Positions 63,528 through 64,000 of a stretch of 64,000 nt of DNA are shown here, one piece after another; the first letter of the stretch is position 1; every line of letters begins with the position of its first letter. The stretch is taken from contig JAHDYR010000025.1 in NCBI GenBank assembly GCA_019828565.1, forward strand, positions 930,001 to 994,000. Direction: 5' to 3'. A program made the translations under genes and the position numbers. The notes under the pieces are model-generated. The model saw only the letters and a program-made list of their open reading frames with translations. It was not told the DNA's origin and did not search any database. The stretch comes from Carpediemonas membranifera BICM. Its lineage: Eukaryota; Protista; Fornicata.

Positions 63528-64000
63528 CCACATGCATGATGTGATCTGGGACAAAGCCACCGGGCACGGCGACTGGGTGGAAGAGGTGTTTGTTTTTCTC
63601 CCGCTCGACCGGGTCGACAAACTTTTCTGAACTGCCACCAGCCATGACAGTGCCGACTGGGGTGAGTATGAACGTCTGCCATCTCTCCATCGACACATCG
63701 GTCACCATCCTGTGCTTCTCCCAGGGGGGCAGGCTGGCCTCGTGCTCGGCGACCTTGGGGCAGTTGGGGAAGGTGAGGCGGGTCGGGTCGACGAACCCAG
63801 ATGACTTGAACCCCAGCTGACCATATCCGCTATCACCCCAGCCCCACAGACCCTTGGGTGTCCTGGCGATGTGTGTGATCTCGTTGCTGTAGACCTCGAG
63901 GGCCCTGGGCATCCTGGCCCTGGTGAGGGCGGCGTGATAGTCAGTGTCGAGCATGAAGAGTCGGCCCATGTACATGAGGTGGTGGTAGCAATCGCCGTAT

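Larger units (their letters stand above)
56692..64000 (-). pseudogene. RCC1-like family copy 11, interrupted by an LTR retrotransposon and a solo LTR; 5' end outside window
   Basis: Pieces 63528-64000, 63004-63403 and 56692-56865 rejoin to contiguous family sequence once each insertion and one TSD copy are removed. Confidence 0.9.

Noticed and set aside
1-64000. CRISPR arrays, tRNA or rRNA genes
   Set aside because: No regularly spaced short repeats and no cloverleaf or rRNA-like sequence recognised by eye. A covariance-model scan was not possible.

Overview
GC-rich, gene-dense eukaryotic DNA with very short (~35-nt) GT-AG introns and AGTAAAY motifs overlapping stop codons. By inference this is a fornicate/metamonad protist of the Carpediemonas type. 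Housekeeping genes (NAA30, EIF3I, CCDC47, a CPA1 Na+/H+ exchanger, SEC31, a BRWD/PHIP-like gene, a metallophosphoesterase and a bacterial-type D-lactate dehydrogenase) are interspersed with an accessory compartment with three main parts. (1) Eleven recognisable copies or fragments, plus older remnants, of an intronless ~540-aa RCC1/BLIP-II-like family. Near-identical nucleotide anchors alternate with short variable cassettes that are shuffled between copies (all four allele combinations occur at adjacent cassettes). (2) Three giant modular proteins sharing an unrecognised ~85-aa repeat. Two of them form a convergent pair: Ras-like/kinase/HECT-like/IBR-like and pseudokinase/HECT-like/RhoGEF. 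They share a 564-bp segment in which I see no differences and are bracketed by inverted RCC1-family loci. (3) A young chromodomain-bearing Ty3/Gypsy retrotransposon (56866-63003) with 102-bp LTRs, a 4-bp TSD, no tRNA primer-binding site (a 12-bp palindrome instead) and an extra 373-aa antisense ORF. It and an unrelated 124-bp solo LTR sit in the same RCC1-family copy. Several frameshifts fall in homopolymers and may be assembly errors. All domain calls are by motif recognition only; no database searches were run.
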